The translations under genes and the position numbers were made by a program. Positions 60,783 through 64,000 of a stretch of DNA of 64,000 nt are shown here, piece by piece (position 1 is the first letter of the stretch; every line of letters begins with the position of its first letter). Under the pieces are notes generated by a model that was not told the DNA's origin, did not search any database, and worked only from the letters and a program-made list of their open reading frames with translations. The stretch is from assembly GCF_001194135.2 (NCBI RefSeq), contig NC_068983.1, positions 149,494,755-149,558,754 on the forward strand, in the 5' to 3' direction. The DNA comes from Octopus bimaculoides (Eukaryota).

Positions 60783-61574
60783 AGCGGTTGAGGGTACCTG
60801 TAGAAGAGGTAGACCCAGGAAGACCTGGGATGAGGTGGTGGAGCGCGACCTTCGAACATTAGGCCTCACCGAGGCAATGACTAGTGACTAAGACCTTTGG
60901 AAATATGCTGTGCTTGAGAAGACCCGGCAAGACAAGTGAGACCATAGCCAGCCCACTTATGCACACCTTTCCTTCTTTGGATACAAACCCTGCTTGCGAA
61001 AACCTGTTGAGGCAAGTGAAATTAAAATTGAAATTGAACCAAATTCGATGACTGGCACCCATGTCAACCTTCCTTCATTGGACACTAAACTCAGCTTGCG
61101 AAGACCTGTTGGGGCAAGTGAGATCGAAACTGAACCAAATTTGATGACTGGCACCTGTGCTAGTGGAGCGCTAACTGCACCATTCAAGCGGGATCACTGC
61201 CAGAGCAGCAGTCTCGCTCCCATGCTGGTGGCACGTAAAAAGCACTATTTGAGCGCAATCGTTTCCAGTTTTGCCTTACTGGCACTTGTACCGGTGGCAT
61301 GTGAACAAAACATTGGACTGACTTCTGTGCAGGTGGCACATAAAAAACACCATTTGAGTGTGGCTGTTGCCAGTACCGCCAGACTGGGCCTCGTGCCGGT
61401 GGCACGTAAAAAGCACCCACTACACTCTCGGAGTGGTTGGCATTAGGAAGGGCATCCAGCTGTAGAAACTCTGCCAGATCAGATTGGAGTCTGGTGTAGC
61501 CATCTGGTTTGCCAGTCCCCAGTCAAATCATCCAACCCATGCTAGCATGGAAAGCGGACGTTAAATGATGATGA
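60783..61574 (+). mobile_element. RTE 3' end: ORF2 terminus plus complete about 630-nt 3' UTR and (GAT)n tail
   Basis: VEGTCRRGRPRKTWDEVVERDLRTLGLTEAM.., followed by the same UTR as positions 1-600 (opposite strand). Confidence 0.92.
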
Positions 61575-62554
61575 TATATATATTCTTTTCTACTCTAGGC
61601 ACAAAGCCCGAAATTTTGGGGGAGGGGGCCAGTCGATTAGATCAACCCCAGTATGCAACTGGTACTTAATTCGTCGACCCCGAAAGGATGAAAGGCAAAG
61701 TCAACCTTGCAGAAATATATATATATGTGTATCTATATTGAAAGAAATAAGGACTTAAATACATCCAGGCGAATCCTTGGTAAGCATTCCATGTGATAAA
61801 TCTGGCTAACTGAAAGTTCGATAAAAACTATAACAATCTGTATAGGTTGTTTATATCATGTGACAGATGCATATTGTAAGTCTGAAATTCCTCACCAATT
61901 AATACTTTGGTATATTAATCACGGAATTAAAGCAGTAATAAAAAAAAATGAAGAATTATATATTTTATTTGCTTACATATGTTTCATACGATTCAATGAG
62001 CTGTATCCACACACCATGGCTCGCATGCTTAATCAATCAATTTATGGAGCAGTCATCTCGTAAACTGTTTTCACCAGAGCTTTCATGTATTTTGGAAATT
62101 TTTGGAAGACAAACACTGAAAGAATTAGTGGAAGTGAGAAGCTGATAGTAGACATATTAGATTTCCTTCCATTATTTATTGTTGCCCTATTTTAAATTCG
62201 TATTCTTGGGAGGTATTTGTGTTATCTGATGTTAGTGAAGTTAAATCTATGAGAAAAACTATCAGAAATAAGGTTACTTAATTAGTGAATAGGATAAACA
62301 TCAAATATTGTAAGAAGCCTTCAAAAGGTGATAGAAACATGCAATTTGGTACACTTCTAATTTAAAACTTGCTCTTTAAGATAGGCATGATTGCCAAAGT
62401 GAAAATCGAAAATGATGGCCAAAATCCAACATTAAAAATTAATAATTGCAATGAACAGGAAATAAGTTTTATTATAATAAACGTTATTTATTATGCAATA
62501 CTTTACACAAATAGCCATATATTTACTTTTCGAAGGATTTTTCTACTATCTTCT

Positions 62555-62811
62555 TCACTAATTCAGATTATACATATCAGGTGGGACACATATGGGGCCA
62601 GACTCTCCAGATGAAGCCATCACCTATTACCTGGGGGTGGAAAAATAATGACGATGGCACATTCGCTATTCATTGGACTGAACTAAGAGCCATAGCAGAA
62701 CAATGCCAAGCACTTAAAAGGTATCAATGCAAAACTGAATGTGCAGGATGTTGCACATGCAAGAAGTCAGCTCTTCCTTGTACTTCCCTTTGTGCCTGTT
62801 CATGCATTTGA
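62555..62811 (+). mobile_element. Academ-type DNA transposon protein, C-terminal Cys-rich finger remnant
   Basis: YQVGHIWGQ..PSPITWGW..HW..C..L...CK..C.GCC.CKK..LPCT.LCAC, the pattern of the terminal Cys8 finger of Academ transposases. Assignment is from memory of the family, not from a search. Confidence 0.6.
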
Positions 62812-62849
62812 CTGATGATGAAACCTGCATAACCTGATAGAGCGGGTGT

Positions 62850-63395
62850 CCTCCACCATTAGAAAAGGACAAGGAGAGACAAAGAAAAAGTGGTTGATGC
62901 TACACTGCCTGTGGAGGATGAAGTAAGTGATGTGGAACCACAGAAGAAGACAGGCACCAGCGTCAAGGAGGAGGAAGAAGCAAATACCAACTGGGAAATG
63001 GTGGAGAATAGCAGGAAGAGGAGGAAGACAACACATGTGAAGGATGACCCCCAACCCACACCCACTTTACCCTAACCACCCCCTACAGACACCAGCCCTC
63101 TCCATACCCCACCTGACATGAAGACAAAAACAAGCACAGAAGAGCCCCAAATTTCTCCACCCTCACCCTTGGAAAAACATATATTGTACAATGGAGAAAA
63201 CGAAGAACTGTATGACAAAATAGACAATGCTATAAAAGTGGATGCATCAGGAGTGAAGGGGATGCCTGAGTACATTCGTTGTGTATAGTGGAAGACACCG
63301 AATATATGTTGGAATTGAATGACTATGAAGTAAATCAAGACTATAAGTGGTGGGTCAAGAAATTGGATACCAGCTCAATGCCGAAACAAGTAAGT
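62850..63395 (+). mobile_element. decayed coding remnant, probably the end of a LINE ORF1
   Basis: Acidic/Pro-rich frame with WEMVENSRKRRK, in-frame stops and frameshifts; no splice structure. Confidence 0.35.
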
Positions 63396-63778
63396 TTTCA
63401 GGATATTTAAAAAACATATAATGTAGACATTCTTTGGAAAGATGGTAATTAGCTGTCGCTAAAAAGAAAAAAAAAAGCATTATAAACTAGTTTAGGTTCA
63501 ACGAAGTTGCTTGGAGGTGGGGCCTAATGGCATCATTTCATCTTTCATTATATAAATTTATTCCTTTCATTCATTTTGTTTTTTTTCACCACCTTGTGCT
63601 GTCCCCTCTATGTAAGGCCTTCATGGCTTATTTCATAATATAAAGAAGCTTGTTTCCCAACGTCTTGGTTCTAGGTTCAGTCTCACAGCATGACACCTTG
63701 GGCAAGCATCTTCTGCTATAGCCTCAAGTCAACCAAAGCCTTGTGAGTGGATTTGGTAGGCAGAAACTGAAAGAAGCC

Positions 63779-63825
<47 letters not shown>

Positions 63826-63839
63826 TTGCAAGATTTTTG

Positions 63840-64000
63840 ATGTGAAATCATGTGTTGAAACAGATGTTGTTGTACTTGGGGATGGTCATATTGCCAGTTT
63901 AGCCAATAAAAACACACGCACTGTATATTTGGTGTTAATTTGCTTCAGCTTTATATTACATTAAGCTTAATCTTATTTCGGCCAGAGTTCTTTCGTCACA
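63840..64000 (-). mobile_element. second copy of the hammerhead-bearing repeat, truncated by the window end
   Basis: Reverse complement reads TGTGACGAAAGAACTCTGGCCGAAATAAG..CTGAAGCAAATTAACACC.., matching 14770-14915. Confidence 0.8.

Noticed and set aside
62814-62830. CTGATGA followed by TGAAAC, a hammerhead look-alike (also TCATCAG at about 60593)
   Set aside because: There is no stem II between the core and GAAA in the first, no GAAA in the second, and no stem I in either.

Overview
AT-rich, repeat-dense animal genomic DNA with five N gaps; the repeat families and gene structure suggest an octopus (inference, not proven). Two spliced protein-coding genes lie on the + strand. (1) The 3' part of a TPD52/D54-family gene: core exons 14067-14168, 15611-15671 and 27309-27431, plus frame-preserving candidate microexons of 24, 36 and 42 nt; its 5' exons were not found and probably lie left of the window. 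(2) A complete 7-exon PSMF1 (PI31 proteasome inhibitor) gene, 37679-58808, 251 aa. The rest is mostly transposon debris: RTE LINEs and their 3' tails, tRNA-derived SINEs, mariner and maT (DD37D) elements, piggyBac-type MITEs, and Penelope-like, L1/Tx1, Gypsy and Academ remnants. Most ORFs in the supplied track are spurious or TE-derived. The most unusual observations are: a young dispersed repeat carrying a minimal type-I hammerhead ribozyme motif (sense strand of a TPD52 intron, with a second copy at the window end); a duplicated 97-nt hairpin upstream of PSMF1 that may sit in a divergent spliced non-coding transcript; a MITE with a (CCCTAA)n(TTAGGG)n palindrome; a hairpin apparently born by template switching next to a microexon; and alternately oriented RTE tails bracketing PSMF1 exons 2-5. 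All analysis was by eye; no searches or folding programs were run.
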